Below, one piece after another: positions 1 through 10,400 of a DNA stretch of 64,000 nucleotides; positions within the stretch are counted from its first letter, which is position 1, and every line of letters starts with the position of its first letter. Under the pieces are notes generated by a model, which saw nothing but the letters and a program-made list of their open reading frames with translations, did not search any database and was not told the DNA's origin. This DNA comes from a virus. The stretch spans positions 1 through 64,000 of IMG/VR virus record IMGVR_UViG_3300035698_022475; one strand, given 5' to 3'. Both the position numbers and the translations under genes were made by a program.

Positions 1-115
1 ATGAAAAATGTTTACCTAATAACATTCTGCTGTGGACAGAGCAGTGTGTTTTAGATACAAACGTTAAGAGAACTATTTCAAAAGCGGGGTATGTTTACCC
101 CGTAATCGAGGGAAA

Positions 116-568
116 ATGAAGCTATCACTAGAGTACGCTGAAGTGGTTCACATGCTCAGCCGTGAGCTGGGACGAGACATCCAAAAAGACGACATCACCA
201 TTACACAAGAACCATTCTGCATTGAGATCAGTGGCTTGGATTTTGAGGAGTTACTTCAGATCAGGGCTGCTCGGTCTCAAGGGGTTGTTGCTCCCGTACG
301 CACACCAACTCACCTTGCTCTCGAAGCAGAGGCCGAAAAACCTATGGTCGAGGTGCCCCCTGGCGATGCTGCGGCAGAGATCGCAGGTCTTCTGGGGGAT
401 AACCAACGCCTTACTCAGTCGGAGGGAGGTGCGGGTCCCGTACCTAATGACCCTCACAGTATTCCCAACGCAGTAACCGAAACCCCAGAAGACTTTTTAC
501 CGCCGGGAGCCACTTACGAACCCCCCGGTGATATGAGCCCCGAGGAAATTAGAGGTAGGAATAGATGA
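116..568 (+). CDS. hypothetical protein (150 aa, acidic/Pro-rich C-terminus)
   Basis: ORF with GAGGGA RBS; its stop overlaps the next gene; no recognisable motif. Confidence 0.75.
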   Translation: MKLSLEYAEVVHMLSRELGRDIQKDDITITQEPFCIEISGLDFEELLQIRAARSQGVVAPVRTPTHLALEAEAEKPMVEVPPGDAAAEIAGLLGDNQRLTQSEGGAGPVPNDPHSIPNAVTETPEDFLPPGATYEPPGDMSPEEIRGRNR

Positions 569-1449
569 CAAAGAAACCCGCGCACCCTAGTGGTCGCAAA
601 TTTATATACCCCGCCTCCGACGAACAGTTCGAAGACGAGGGTTTACCTCGTAAAGTTTTTTCTAACTCGCAGTTTGATCGTTATCGCAAATGTCCACGGC
701 AATACTTGTACTCGTACATCCAGGGCCTTATCAAGCCTCCAGGTATCGCACTCATCAAGGGAAGCTCCGTGCACAAGGGAGCCGAGATGGTTCACCAGAG
801 TACCATCGATACCGGCAAACCTATGAGTATGGAAGAGGCGTCTCAGCATGTCGCAGATACTTTTGACAAGGAGTCCAAAAAGGTCGAGGACTGGACGCTA
901 AACGGAGAAGCCGTTAAGCCCGGACTCATGAAAGACCGCACTCTCTTTAACTTTCAGATCTACTACCAGGAAGCCGTGCCAAAGATTAAGCCCGTAGCGG
1001 CGGAGAAGGCTTTTGCGGTTAAGATAGGAACGGTCCCGATGATCGGCGTTATCGACTTGATTGATGCTGTTCCCGGAGAATACACCGTAGACGATGATCC
1101 GGAAGCCCCGCCTCCAGAAATCGAAGTCGTTTCAGACCTGAAGTGTACTGGGCGTTTATGGCCTGAGGCCAAGATCCGCGAGTCCGCACAGCTCACGCTT
1201 TACACGATGGTGGAGCGTACGGACCGTGCGCGTATCGACTTTTTACTTGATCAGAAGAGTGGCACTCATTATAAACCGAAGAAGACGACACGGACGTTAA
1301 CAGATAAACGCATCTTAACGGAAGACGTGGAGCAAGTAGTGGACCTCATCAAAAAGGGCATCTTTCCCCGCTGCGACCCGACACTCACCAACTGGGTATG
1401 TACACCAAAGTGGTGTGGATACTACGACATCTGTAGAGGACCAAAATGA
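565..1449 (+). CDS. Cas4-like/RecB-family PD-(D/E)XK exonuclease (probable Fe-S cluster)
   Basis: N-terminal S-x-S..CPRQY, GSSVH, 'GVIDLID', 'SDLK', 'QLTLY', C-terminal C-x3-W-C-x-Y-x3-C cluster. Confidence 0.85.
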   Translation: MTKKPAHPSGRKFIYPASDEQFEDEGLPRKVFSNSQFDRYRKCPRQYLYSYIQGLIKPPGIALIKGSSVHKGAEMVHQSTIDTGKPMSMEEASQHVADTFDKESKKVEDWTLNGEAVKPGLMKDRTLFNFQIYYQEAVPKIKPVAAEKAFAVKIGTVPMIGVIDLIDAVPGEYTVDDDPEAPPPEIEVVSDLKCTGRLWPEAKIRESAQLTLYTMVERTDRARIDFLLDQKSGTHYKPKKTTRTLTDKRILTEDVEQVVDLIKKGIFPRCDPTLTNWVCTPKWCGYYDICRGPK

Positions 1450-2618
1450 AAGCCAAACAATGGGCCGAATTACCTCCCAAGAAGTTCTGGGAACTGGTGG
1501 ACAAAGAGGGGCCGAAGGCTGAGGCAGAGTTCAAGAAGCTCTGGGCCAAGGCCGGAGAATCTCCGCTCACCCATGAAGAGGCCAAGTACTGCTTGGACTG
1601 TCTCTTCCTCTATACTCACAAGCGGATAAAGGCCATGGGCAGTATTGCCAAGTACTACCCGACAGGCCAGAAGACCAAGGGGCGTCTCGCCCCTGTAGAC
1701 CACCTCTGGTGGGTGGACCACTTCACCGCAGGCATCAATCATACTTCGACACTCAACTGGTTCAGTTCGAACAAGACCAAAAAGAAGAAGGACGGGACAC
1801 CGCGGTACAACGGGGCGTCTACACACTTCGTGCTGGGCTACGGGAGCGACCCGTTCTACATCATCCCCCTCGACGACGGCGCGTGGCATGAGCCCCGCCG
1901 CAACAAGGACTCCATCTCCATTGAGATGGTCAACGCAGGAGCCTTGACGCTCAAGAAGAATGACCGCGGCAAAGAGACGTGGCACTTCTGGGCACGCGAG
2001 ATGCCTTCGGACCTTGTCGAACAGCTTCCACCTGTACGCCTGGGCGACCCTTACCGTGGAGTAAAGGTCATGCAGCCTTTCCCCATTCCACAGATGATTA
2101 ATAACATCACGCTGAAGCGCATCGTCGTTGCCGCTCTTCCTGGACGGCTTGACCGTGCACGCATGAGTCAGCATACTGACTGGCGTAAACACAAGACGGA
2201 CATGAGTCCGTTGTGGCCTTTCGACGACATCAACGACGCCGCATTCGACCATATCCCCATTCCAGAATACGACTTCATCTCGCGCTATTGGGATGAGGTT
2301 GAAGATAGTATCGGGGATCTCTGGGGAGGAGTGGAATGGGATGAGGCCGACAATCCCGAATATGGGCATAACACTCCCACTCATGACGACGATGACGACG
2401 ATGACGAGTCCGAAGTTTGGGACATGGAAGAGGTACAAGAAGCTCTGAATAGTCTGGGAAATCATTTGACCGTAGACAACCGCTTCGGTCCCAAAACCAA
2501 GCAGGCTGTTATTGTTTTCCAGGCAAAGTGGAGCAACGAACACGACGAAGACCGGATCAAGGAAGACGGAATTCCTGGTCCCGCAACAATCCAACGGCTG
2601 AAGGAGGCCCTGAAGTAA
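1446..2618 (+). CDS. N-acetylmuramoyl-L-alanine amidase (Amidase_2) with C-terminal peptidoglycan-binding domain
   Basis: [23 protein letters not shown] and SQH..KTD amidase motifs; C-terminal '[32 protein letters not shown]' PG-binding pattern. Confidence 0.85.
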   Translation: MKAKQWAELPPKKFWELVDKEGPKAEAEFKKLWAKAGESPLTHEEAKYCLDCLFLYTHKRIKAMGSIAKYYPTGQKTKGRLAPVDHLWWVDHFTAGINHTSTLNWFSSNKTKKKKDGTPRYNGASTHFVLGYGSDPFYIIPLDDGAWHEPRRNKDSISIEMVNAGALTLKKNDRGKETWHFWAREMPSDLVEQLPPVRLGDPYRGVKVMQPFPIPQMINNITLKRIVVAALPGRLDRARMSQHTDWRKHKTDMSPLWPFDDINDAAFDHIPIPEYDFISRYWDEVEDSIGDLWGGVEWDEADNPEYGHNTPTHDDDDDDDESEVWDMEEVQEALNSLGNHLTVDNRFGPKTKQAVIVFQAKWSNEHDEDRIKEDGIPGPATIQRLKEALK

Positions 2619-2972
2619 ATGGCTGTAGAAATTACCAACAAGTGCGACCGTTGTAGTCGCTCGGAGTCCTTGCACATCTCGCACGACGAACTCGTCGCGC
2701 GTATCGAAGACCGTAAGTCGGTCGAGAACACTGTCCAGAACATCACCGATGCCGTCCGTGAAATCTGGGACGACGAGGGTAGCCAGTTCCCCAAGGTCAT
2801 GACCATTATGGTCAAGGACGAAGAACTCGTCATCCAGGACAAGGTGTTCCTGTGTGGTCCCGATGAAAGTAGGTCTCGCGGCGGCCATGGCTGTGAGTCT
2901 CGGATTCACCAATTGGTGAGTGAGATTCATCTCGACGGCCCAAAGGGTCGTGGAAATAAAAACAAGGAGTAG
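2619..2972 (+). CDS. hypothetical protein with CxxC
   Basis: abuts the previous stop; CDRC motif. Confidence 0.7.
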   Translation: MAVEITNKCDRCSRSESLHISHDELVARIEDRKSVENTVQNITDAVREIWDDEGSQFPKVMTIMVKDEELVIQDKVFLCGPDESRSRGGHGCESRIHQLVSEIHLDGPKGRGNKNKE

Positions 2973-2976
2973 TAAC

Positions 2977-3135
2977 GTGGAAAAGTACGGGGTAGAAGAG
3001 CAGGGTCGTGAGAAGGTCGCTAAGAAGAAGGACAAAGACGTTTGCCCAACTTGCGGTAGTCCCTTAGAGGACGAAGCAGAGACAGGCATCGCCAAGTGTC
3101 CCAAAGACGGCACAAAGCCCTTTGAAAAGAAATGA
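2977..3135 (+). CDS. small zinc-ribbon protein
   Basis: AAGGAG RBS then GTG start at 2977; CPTC...CPKD. Confidence 0.65.
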   Translation: MEKYGVEEQGREKVAKKKDKDVCPTCGSPLEDEAETGIAKCPKDGTKPFEKK

Positions 3136-3347
3136 CCAAGCTACGAAAAATACCGACTGACATACAAAAGCTACAGTCGATATCTACCCTATACATGCAG
3201 GTATTTAATTCTGAAGAGAGTCTTGCTCCTCTTTCATTAGAACTCTTTCACCTCATCGGTGAAATACTCGGCGGAGTCCCGCCTAAAAACTTGCAAATGC
3301 ACCGCGTTGACAAGGGTTCGTTCCTACGGGAACTACTGAATAACTAA
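3132..3347 (+). CDS. hypothetical protein (71 aa)
   Basis: ATGA overlap with the upstream gene. Confidence 0.6.
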   Translation: MTKLRKIPTDIQKLQSISTLYMQVFNSEESLAPLSLELFHLIGEILGGVPPKNLQMHRVDKGSFLRELLNN

Positions 3348-3364
3348 AAAAACTGGAGGAAACC

Positions 3365-4333
3365 ATGCCCGAGACACTCAAATCAGGAGGGACTACTATC
3401 CCTCCGGCACCCGCTCCGACCTCGTTGAAGTTGTCGGATCTCGTGTTCGCAGATGAATGGAACCGTGAGAAAATCGGTGATATCAGAGGACTCACTCAGT
3501 CCATCAAAAGTCAGGGACAACAGGTGCCCATCATCGTACGTTCCCACCCGACAAAGACGGGAAAGTACATAATCAAGGATGGCCGAAGACGCTACGCGGC
3601 CCTCAAGGATGCCGGCATCAAGGAAGCCTTGGTGTATGTGAGGGAGAGCAAGGACGACAACGAAGCGTACCTCGAGTCCCTCCTCATCAACCTTCAGCGC
3701 GAAGACAATACCGATTACGAGAAAGCTATCGTATTCGGAAAATTGGTAGACGCCGGCATGAAGAGCAAAGAGATCGCGCAGAAACATGGGGTGGCTGAGG
3801 GGTACGTGAGCCATCGTCTCGCCATCCTGAAGCTCCCGGACAAGTGGCAGAACGAGGTGAAGAAGGGCAAGCTCGGCGTAACCCACGCCCGCATGTTCGC
3901 TCCGCTGTTCACCAGCGACACCGCGGCCGATGCCAACATAGCGACGAAGCTTATCGAGCGCATCATGGAGGACAAACTGGATTCTACCAGTGCTCAGGAG
4001 CGCATCGACAAGTACATCTCCAAGAAGACGGAGAAGGCCAAAGCCAAGGGCGAAGAGCCCGAGGGCAAGGTCAAACAGGGTGCCAAGAAGACCAGCTCCA
4101 AGAAGAAGAAGGGCGCGGGAGAAGGGAAGGACGAAGAGCCTTCAGAGCCGGAGACGGCGTACACTCCCAAGGTCCAAAAGGAGATGAAGATGATCACCCT
4201 GAAGATCAACGTCGAGTGGCTCCAGTACTACGAGGAGCGCCTTGCCCGGACCAATAGCGCCACCAACAAGTTGCGCATCAAGGGCATCATCGAGGGTTTG
4301 GAGATCTCCAGCGGTCTCCGCGTCGAGAAATAG
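3365..4333 (+). CDS. ParB/Spo0J-family protein
   Basis: 'LTQSIKSQGQQVPIIV', 'DGRRRY' ParB Arg patch, 'INLQRED', HTH 'SKEIAQKHGVAEGYVSHRL'; GGAGG RBS. Confidence 0.85.
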   Translation: MPETLKSGGTTIPPAPAPTSLKLSDLVFADEWNREKIGDIRGLTQSIKSQGQQVPIIVRSHPTKTGKYIIKDGRRRYAALKDAGIKEALVYVRESKDDNEAYLESLLINLQREDNTDYEKAIVFGKLVDAGMKSKEIAQKHGVAEGYVSHRLAILKLPDKWQNEVKKGKLGVTHARMFAPLFTSDTAADANIATKLIERIMEDKLDSTSAQERIDKYISKKTEKAKAKGEEPEGKVKQGAKKTSSKKKKGAGEGKDEEPSEPETAYTPKVQKEMKMITLKINVEWLQYYEERLARTNSATNKLRIKGIIEGLEISSGLRVEK

Positions 4334-4342
4334 TTCACTTCT

Positions 4343-4380
4343 AAACTGTCTGGGGGCATTCGCCCCCCGGCAGTTTTCTT
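4343..4380. terminator. intrinsic terminator between convergent genes (possibly bidirectional)
   Basis: AAACTG..GGGGGC-ATTC-GCCCCC..CAGTTT stem followed by a T-rich tract. Confidence 0.7.
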
Positions 4381-5402
4381 TACCAACAGATATCTTGAGC
4401 GTCACGAATGGAACGTCGGCGTAGTTCTACGCGCAGATCTTTCAATACTTTTTCTTTTATCTGTCGGACACGTTCAGGAGTGATTCTTGCAACTGATGCG
4501 AGTTGGTAGAGACTTTTGGGTTGGGAGCTTTTACGTTCTGCTTGGGGCACATTGTAATATTGGATGACAATGTACTTATCCCGCTCGCTCACAGACATTC
4601 CACGAATAGCATCTCGCAGTATACGAGCGGAGTCGTCATCCACTACATCAAATTCGACATTTTGAGCATCTGCCAATGGCAGATTATCTAGTGTAGTCAT
4701 TGTATGGTAAGTGCCAGAGGAATCAGGCAATACGAATTCATGTTCATCTGCTGTGCATGGGGGAAGATGAGAGGAGTGGTCAGGGGAATGCGTTCGAATT
4801 TCGCAATGACTACAGATATACGCTCCCTCCTTCATCTCCTTTCGTATTGTTTTCTGCTTATGGGATGGGATGTGTATTAATCCCAGGTTATTTATCTCGT
4901 CGAGCATCTCTTTTCGGATCCACCATGCGGCATACGTAAGGAAGCGTGTTTGCTTGCACAGCTTGTATTTGTCGACGGCAAGGATGAGCCCCACATTTCC
5001 GGCAGAAACTAATCGTTGGATGTGTGCCGGCTTTCGAGAAAACCCCTTTGCCGTCTTCATTACGAAACGTAAATTGGAAACAATCAACTGATCGCGTGCC
5101 GCGTGGTCTCGGTCAGCTCCACAGAGCGGACATCGTTTAGGAGTTACTAAGATGTCAAATTTGTCTCCACAGGAGGTACAAGTGTGCTGTCGCCCCTTCG
5201 TATCGCTTTCCAGCGGCGCTTGTTCACTGCAGTGAGGGCAGTTGGCGGCTGGTACTTTTTGTGGAATTTCTTCATTGCAATGAGAACACGTACGATAGCG
5301 TCTTAGGAGGTGTTGTTCTTTTTCAGGTGTTAGTATTTCATGCTTACCTACGTCATCGTAATAGGCTGTAAACACTCTGTTAAAGAAGAAATCCTCTGAC
5401 AT
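4380..5402 (-). CDS. sigma70-family RNA polymerase sigma factor (RpoD/RpoH-like) with zinc-ribbon insertions
   Basis: region 1.2 'YYDDVGKHEILTPEKE', 2.1 'ARDQLIVSNLRFV', 2.3 'RFLTYAAWWIR', 4.2 'ITPERVRQIKEK'. Confidence 0.88.
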   Translation of the reverse strand: MSEDFFFNRVFTAYYDDVGKHEILTPEKEQHLLRRYRTCSHCNEEIPQKVPAANCPHCSEQAPLESDTKGRQHTCTSCGDKFDILVTPKRCPLCGADRDHAARDQLIVSNLRFVMKTAKGFSRKPAHIQRLVSAGNVGLILAVDKYKLCKQTRFLTYAAWWIRKEMLDEINNLGLIHIPSHKQKTIRKEMKEGAYICSHCEIRTHSPDHSSHLPPCTADEHEFVLPDSSGTYHTMTTLDNLPLADAQNVEFDVVDDDSARILRDAIRGMSVSERDKYIVIQYYNVPQAERKSSQPKSLYQLASVARITPERVRQIKEKVLKDLRVELRRRSIRDAQDICW

Positions 5403-5424
5403 TACATCCTCCCAGATAAACCGC

Positions 5425-5453
5425 TAGACAAGCTATCCTCAGTCCTTTAACAT
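5425..5453 (+). promoter_or_regulatory. sigma70-like promoter (TAGACA-17-TAACAT)
   Basis: near-consensus -35/-10 with 17-bp spacing in a divergent intergenic region. Confidence 0.45.
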
Positions 5454-5501
5454 AGTTCTTCACCTAAAAGAACGCAAGCAAACACACAAAGGAGACAACA
5501 G

Positions 5502-6560
5502 ATGACGAAGAAGAAGAAGGATGCGGAATCCGCCCCCGAAGTGGAAACGCCCCCCGAGAAAGAGACAGCTCCAGAGAAGGAGCCACAACCTGAAGAGGCC
5601 CTCGCCAAACCCGAAACATCATCCTTGATCACCGCTCTTGAGGCCACAGACCTCTTCGTAGACCGCTATCTCGACCGCATCTTGACGGTAGAGAAAGACA
5701 TCCCGACCAAGGCCCAGATGAAGGGCGTCATTCGTTCACTCCCCGAAGAGCACCAGGAAGCGGTTGCCGCTATCTTGCGGCGCACTGCGGGAATCAAGAA
5801 GGGCGTTTACTCGTCCAACGAACGTCCCGAGCACACGGAGCTGCGCCTCTATCAAGGGACCGGCGCCGATCCGAATCGTCCTGAGACCGCCATTCCTGGC
5901 CAGTTCTACCTGAACACCAAGGAGAACGTGGGCAAGATGTTCGAGGCGACCCTTATCTCGATCTGGGATGGCCGCACGATGTGGCCCGACCGTGATGCCG
6001 GCGGCGCAAAGATGCCCGTGTGTGTCAGCATGGACCGCCGCGTAGGTCACCGATTCGGCGAGTGCAAAGACTGCCTCAACCTCCCATGGCGCGACGGTAA
6101 AAAGGACCAGATGTGCGGCGACGACGTCGTAGCTCTGATGCTTCCCCGCGACCTTTCCGACATCGTCCTCGTTCGGTTCTCGCGCACCAGCGAACCGGCC
6201 GGACGCCAACTCATGCGCTTCGCTAAAAAGGGACTCGTTCCCTGGGAGCGGTGGTATCGCCTCTCGGCCGAGGAGCACAAGAACACGGAACGCTCGTTCC
6301 GCTGGTTCACCACCGAGCTGAACGTCAACGAAGAAGAGGACGTTCCCGAAGAGCTGTACGACTTCTGCGAGATGCTGTGCACGAACGCCGAAGTGTCCTT
6401 CATCCTGCCAGGTCTCTCTCGCATCTACCGCCAGGCGGACGAAGCGAGGAAGAACCTCGAGGATGGGGTTCCCGCCGGGGATGGCCCCGCAGTAATGAAG
6501 CCGGGTTCGAAACCGAACTACGACGACATGGAAGCGGCTCCCGACGACCAGAACGTCTAG
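5502..6560 (+). CDS. putative ssDNA-binding/annealing protein
   Basis: AGGAG RBS; C-x-S-x-D..G-x-C-x2-C..C motif, acidic C-terminal tail, position among replication genes, own terminator; function inferred. Confidence 0.5.
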   Translation: MTKKKKDAESAPEVETPPEKETAPEKEPQPEEALAKPETSSLITALEATDLFVDRYLDRILTVEKDIPTKAQMKGVIRSLPEEHQEAVAAILRRTAGIKKGVYSSNERPEHTELRLYQGTGADPNRPETAIPGQFYLNTKENVGKMFEATLISIWDGRTMWPDRDAGGAKMPVCVSMDRRVGHRFGECKDCLNLPWRDGKKDQMCGDDVVALMLPRDLSDIVLVRFSRTSEPAGRQLMRFAKKGLVPWERWYRLSAEEHKNTERSFRWFTTELNVNEEEDVPEELYDFCEMLCTNAEVSFILPGLSRIYRQADEARKNLEDGVPAGDGPAVMKPGSKPNYDDMEAAPDDQNV

Positions 6561-6574
6561 GGAACTTTTGTTTC

Positions 6575-6612
6575 CCGGAGTGGGGCCTTACGGCCCCCTC
6601 CGGCCTTTTTTT
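6575..6612 (+). terminator. intrinsic terminator
   Basis: CCGGAG-T-GGGGCC-TTAC-GGCCCC-CTCCGG stem, then CC and a T7 tract. Confidence 0.8.
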
Positions 6613-6628
6613 AATGAAAGGACTCCGC

Positions 6629-7456
6629 ATGGCGAAAGACCCACAACCCTCTGACTTTGTGCTCAAGCACACTCCATGGTCTGTGAGTAAGGCAAAGGCC
6701 GCAGCAGAATGCCCGAAACGTTTCTGGTTTTCCTACATTCTCAAAAAACGGGCAGACAAAGTCAATGCTGATGCGCTGGTAGGGCAGGCAGTCCACAAGG
6801 CCGTCGAATATATGCTGGCAGGCTATCCTGTGGGCAAAGCGTTCGACGCAGTCCTGGCCGAATATGAACTTACTTCCAATGAGCTGGACCGGGTAATGTT
6901 TTTTCAACCCGCCGCTCAGAATTTCCTCGACAAATTTGGAAGGTACTGCGCGCGTCACGATGCGCAGAAGCCTTTGATAGAGCTGAAGCTCTCTGTTGAC
7001 ATTGACGGCAATCCTGTCGACTTTTTCAACAACAAACGCGGGTTCCTGCGCGGAGTATTGGACCTTTCCTGCCTCTTCAGGGGAGCCCCGCACGGTTTGG
7101 TATTGGACCACAAGACAGGGAAAGAGCACGACCTGAAGTATTTCCAAACGCAGTTTGATAGCTACGTCTGGTTGCTTAAGGCTACTTACCCTGAGCTTAC
7201 AGGGATTCAGGTAGGCATCAACTTTTTGAAGACTGATGTAGTGCGGTTCGGGAAAATGTACGACGTAACGTCGGACGCCCCGATACGGGACCGCATGATC
7301 ACCTACTTGAATGAGGCAACAATAGAGGCAGAACGCAGTTTCGAGACCACACGCGTAACGAAACTCTGCAACTGGTGTGACCACATCAGCTACTGTCCGG
7401 CACACACGGGAAATGACTATGGCAAAAAAACCACCCAAAAGGAAGGGGCTAACTAG
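6629..7456 (+). CDS. second Cas4-like PD-(D/E)XK nuclease
   Basis: WSVSK..CPKRF, GQAVH, 'GVLDL', 'DHKTG', C-terminal CNWC..C; start placed at ATG 6629 after AAAGGA. Confidence 0.82.
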   Translation: MAKDPQPSDFVLKHTPWSVSKAKAAAECPKRFWFSYILKKRADKVNADALVGQAVHKAVEYMLAGYPVGKAFDAVLAEYELTSNELDRVMFFQPAAQNFLDKFGRYCARHDAQKPLIELKLSVDIDGNPVDFFNNKRGFLRGVLDLSCLFRGAPHGLVLDHKTGKEHDLKYFQTQFDSYVWLLKATYPELTGIQVGINFLKTDVVRFGKMYDVTSDAPIRDRMITYLNEATIEAERSFETTRVTKLCNWCDHISYCPAHTGNDYGKKTTQKEGAN

Positions 7457-10400
7457 GGACCAACTATGGAAGATCTGGGCACAGATCAGACCTGAGAGCT
7501 GGCTAGAACTAGTCCGTTCCTTCAAGCCCCATCTCGGCTTCACATTCTCGTCTCAGGGTGTTCTGAAGGGCCTCTGTCCCAATCCAGACCACGCTGACAC
7601 CACCCCCTCATGCTTCGTACATGTAAACAAAGGATATTGTAAATGCTTCGGCTGTGAGATGTACATCACAGATCCGGTTGAATTCGTTTCTATGATAATG
7701 GGTGTCGCACCTGCGGATGCGGTGCAGTACCTACAAGAAAACTTCAAATTCCCTTTTCTCTCCAAGAAGGCACTCAAGGAACTTGAAGCACAACAGATAA
7801 ACCAAGAGGCCAAGCAGGCGATCTACAATGCGTCACATGACCACATGATCGACGCAGTAACTTCTCCTGCAAAATATCCTGCAGCACAGCAGGCAGTCGA
7901 TTGGTTGACCCAAATACGCCAGGTTGATCCTGGCATTCTCCCCGCACTCCCGATTGGAATCTTACCTCCCCTTGCAGACCTACAGACGAGCCTATCCAAC
8001 CAGTACCTCCAGGCTTTAAAAGAGTGGAAAAAGAATGGGCAGCAAGGCAATGAGCCCGTCAATCTTACGGAACCGGTAACGGACTATCTGGCCAAGACGG
8101 TTACGAGTAGTACGTACAACGGGTCCGTTGTTTTCCCTCTCCATGCAACCCCTACCGAAATAGGACGCCTCAAGTTTCGCGTCCCTTCCAATACGAAAAA
8201 ATTCTCGGTCCCAGACGACGAGTACGAGGACCTTCTTGGGTTATTTGGCCTAGGATGGAGTGGTTATAACGACTTCACAGATCCTACAAACAAGATAACC
8301 CACGCATACCTTACTGAGGGTGAAATGGACGTCCTGACATTGATGGCCCGTATGGCCAAGTCGGGAAACATCGACATCCCCCTCTACTCGGCGGGCGGAT
8401 CAGGAGGTGCTGCGCATATCGAACCCATCATGAAAGTGTCTGGGATTGATACTGCGTACCTCATAGGAGACTCCCCCCAGAAGGGGCCCGCAGGAGGAGA
8501 CAAAGTTGTAGAGGGCTGGATCAATAAGATGCCCGAAATCCATTCGCGGATCTTCACTGGCTGGAATGCACTGCAACCCGCGGGCGACTTGGACGAGGCT
8601 GTGCTCAACCTTGGTGAAACTAAGGTACTCGACATCCTTCACAAGTATGCGACACACAATTTCACTCCTGTCTGGAAGTGGGCATTTGAAAGATCCTCAT
8701 TGGAAGTAGAAGCTATTGACGAAGACGACAAACGAAAACGCCACGAGTGTGCAGCTCGCCACGGGAAATATCTCTGCAATAAGAAAGACTGTGACATCTA
8801 TGTAGATGCCATTGCACGGGCGTTTGAGCTTAATGAGAGAATCATTAAGCGGGAAATCATCTCCACAGAGGATAGTGAGCTGGGGTTCATCCTTCGGTGT
8901 ACTGACGCACTGCGCGAAATAATGACTGTGGTCGGCACCCGCATCAGGGGCTCGTATATCTACCTCGTCTGTTACAACAGGGAAAACGGGCGTTACCACC
9001 AATTCCGACTGGATGACGAGCGTTCTATTGCTCAAGAGTTAGCTACTATTGTTGGGTCTGTCTACGAGTTCGTAAATCAATACGTAGGATTCCCATCTTT
9101 CTTCACGCTTCCTGACGACACGGAGGGTCATGAAATGCCTACATTGGATCGTTTGTTACGCTTCTACGTCAAAGATGCTATTGCGGCATTGGCCCCCGGG
9201 TCTCCCGACTACGAAACCAGTCCACACCTCCGACAGGGGTATCACCGGACAAAACTCAAGGGAGGTGTTTTTGTAGAGTACGTCGTGAGTGGTCCAGATA
9301 TCTTTGCAATAGACCGCGAGGAGGATAAGCTCCAGTACCGCAAGCTCATCGGACCTTCGGACAGGGGCCTCATCTTTGATGTGGGTCTCGAGGACAACCA
9401 CAGGGACGACTCCTGGTACCCGGGGGGACTAACCACTCAATCACTTGAGCGGGGACGCGCCGTAAGCGCCGGGGAACTCTTCAAGACAACGGAAGAGTAC
9501 TACGACATCGGTTTTCAATTCAAAAACCATGAAACAATGAAGACCTTCGCCGCAGCCCTTCCGTTCATATTTTCCGTCATGGATGCATTCCCCAAACCCT
9601 TGATGCTCTTTGTGTCGGGCGAGACGAGTTCAGGTAAGTCCAAGTTCGTGTCATCCTTCACAGGACAAGATACGAGTATGCGGGACCTCCAATTGTTCTA
9701 CGCCTCGCAGTACCTGGGGAGCTACACGGAGGCGGGTATTGCGTCTGCCGCCAATCACGACCGGCGCCTTATGGCCCTCGACGAATTCGAGTCTGATGAG
9801 GGTACTCGTAAGAGTGCCGCGGTCATTAATATCTTCGAACTATACCGTCCCATGATTAACGGTGAGGTGGTTCGGGCTCGAGGCACCAAGAGTGGCTCAC
9901 ACTACGTGGCCCATCTACGGCATCCAGTCATGTTCTCCGCTATCATCACGGCACAGAAAGCCCAAGACCTCAATCGTGTGATTCATATTGAAATGCAGCA
10001 CGTAGACAATCGTGCTTCCCCGGAGCGTGTGCTCTTGAGCCGTTTCGGAAAAACGGCCATCAATAATGTGGCTCGGGATATCGCAGTATGTATGTATCCA
10101 CATGTCCCTGAGCTAATAGAGAACTACGACCACATAGCCGAGGATTTCTACCGACGCATCAACGCTACTCTCCCCCAGAAGGTAGAGGAACGGTGGGCTT
10201 CACACTTATTCCCCGTACTGGCGTTCTTGAAGCTCATTGGGCGGAATTGGGAGGCTTTCTTCCGGGAATTCGTGATTCAAAATACTCGGGAAACAACGCT
10301 GACAGCCGACATGCCCATCTCGGAATCGCTCTTCCGCGACATCACTCAACACCGGATATTCGAGATAGAAAGGGATCAGCCAAAGCGGTCTATCATCTCT

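Noticed and set aside
1470-3113. 547-aa - strand ORF and other long antisense ORFs (e.g. 6611-7543, 16342-17109, 45433-46200)
   Set aside because: Shadow ORFs opposite well-supported genes, without motifs
6251-6628. N-terminal extension of the second nuclease in the ORF track
   Set aside because: Overlaps the upstream gene and spans its terminator; a better start with RBS lies at 6629
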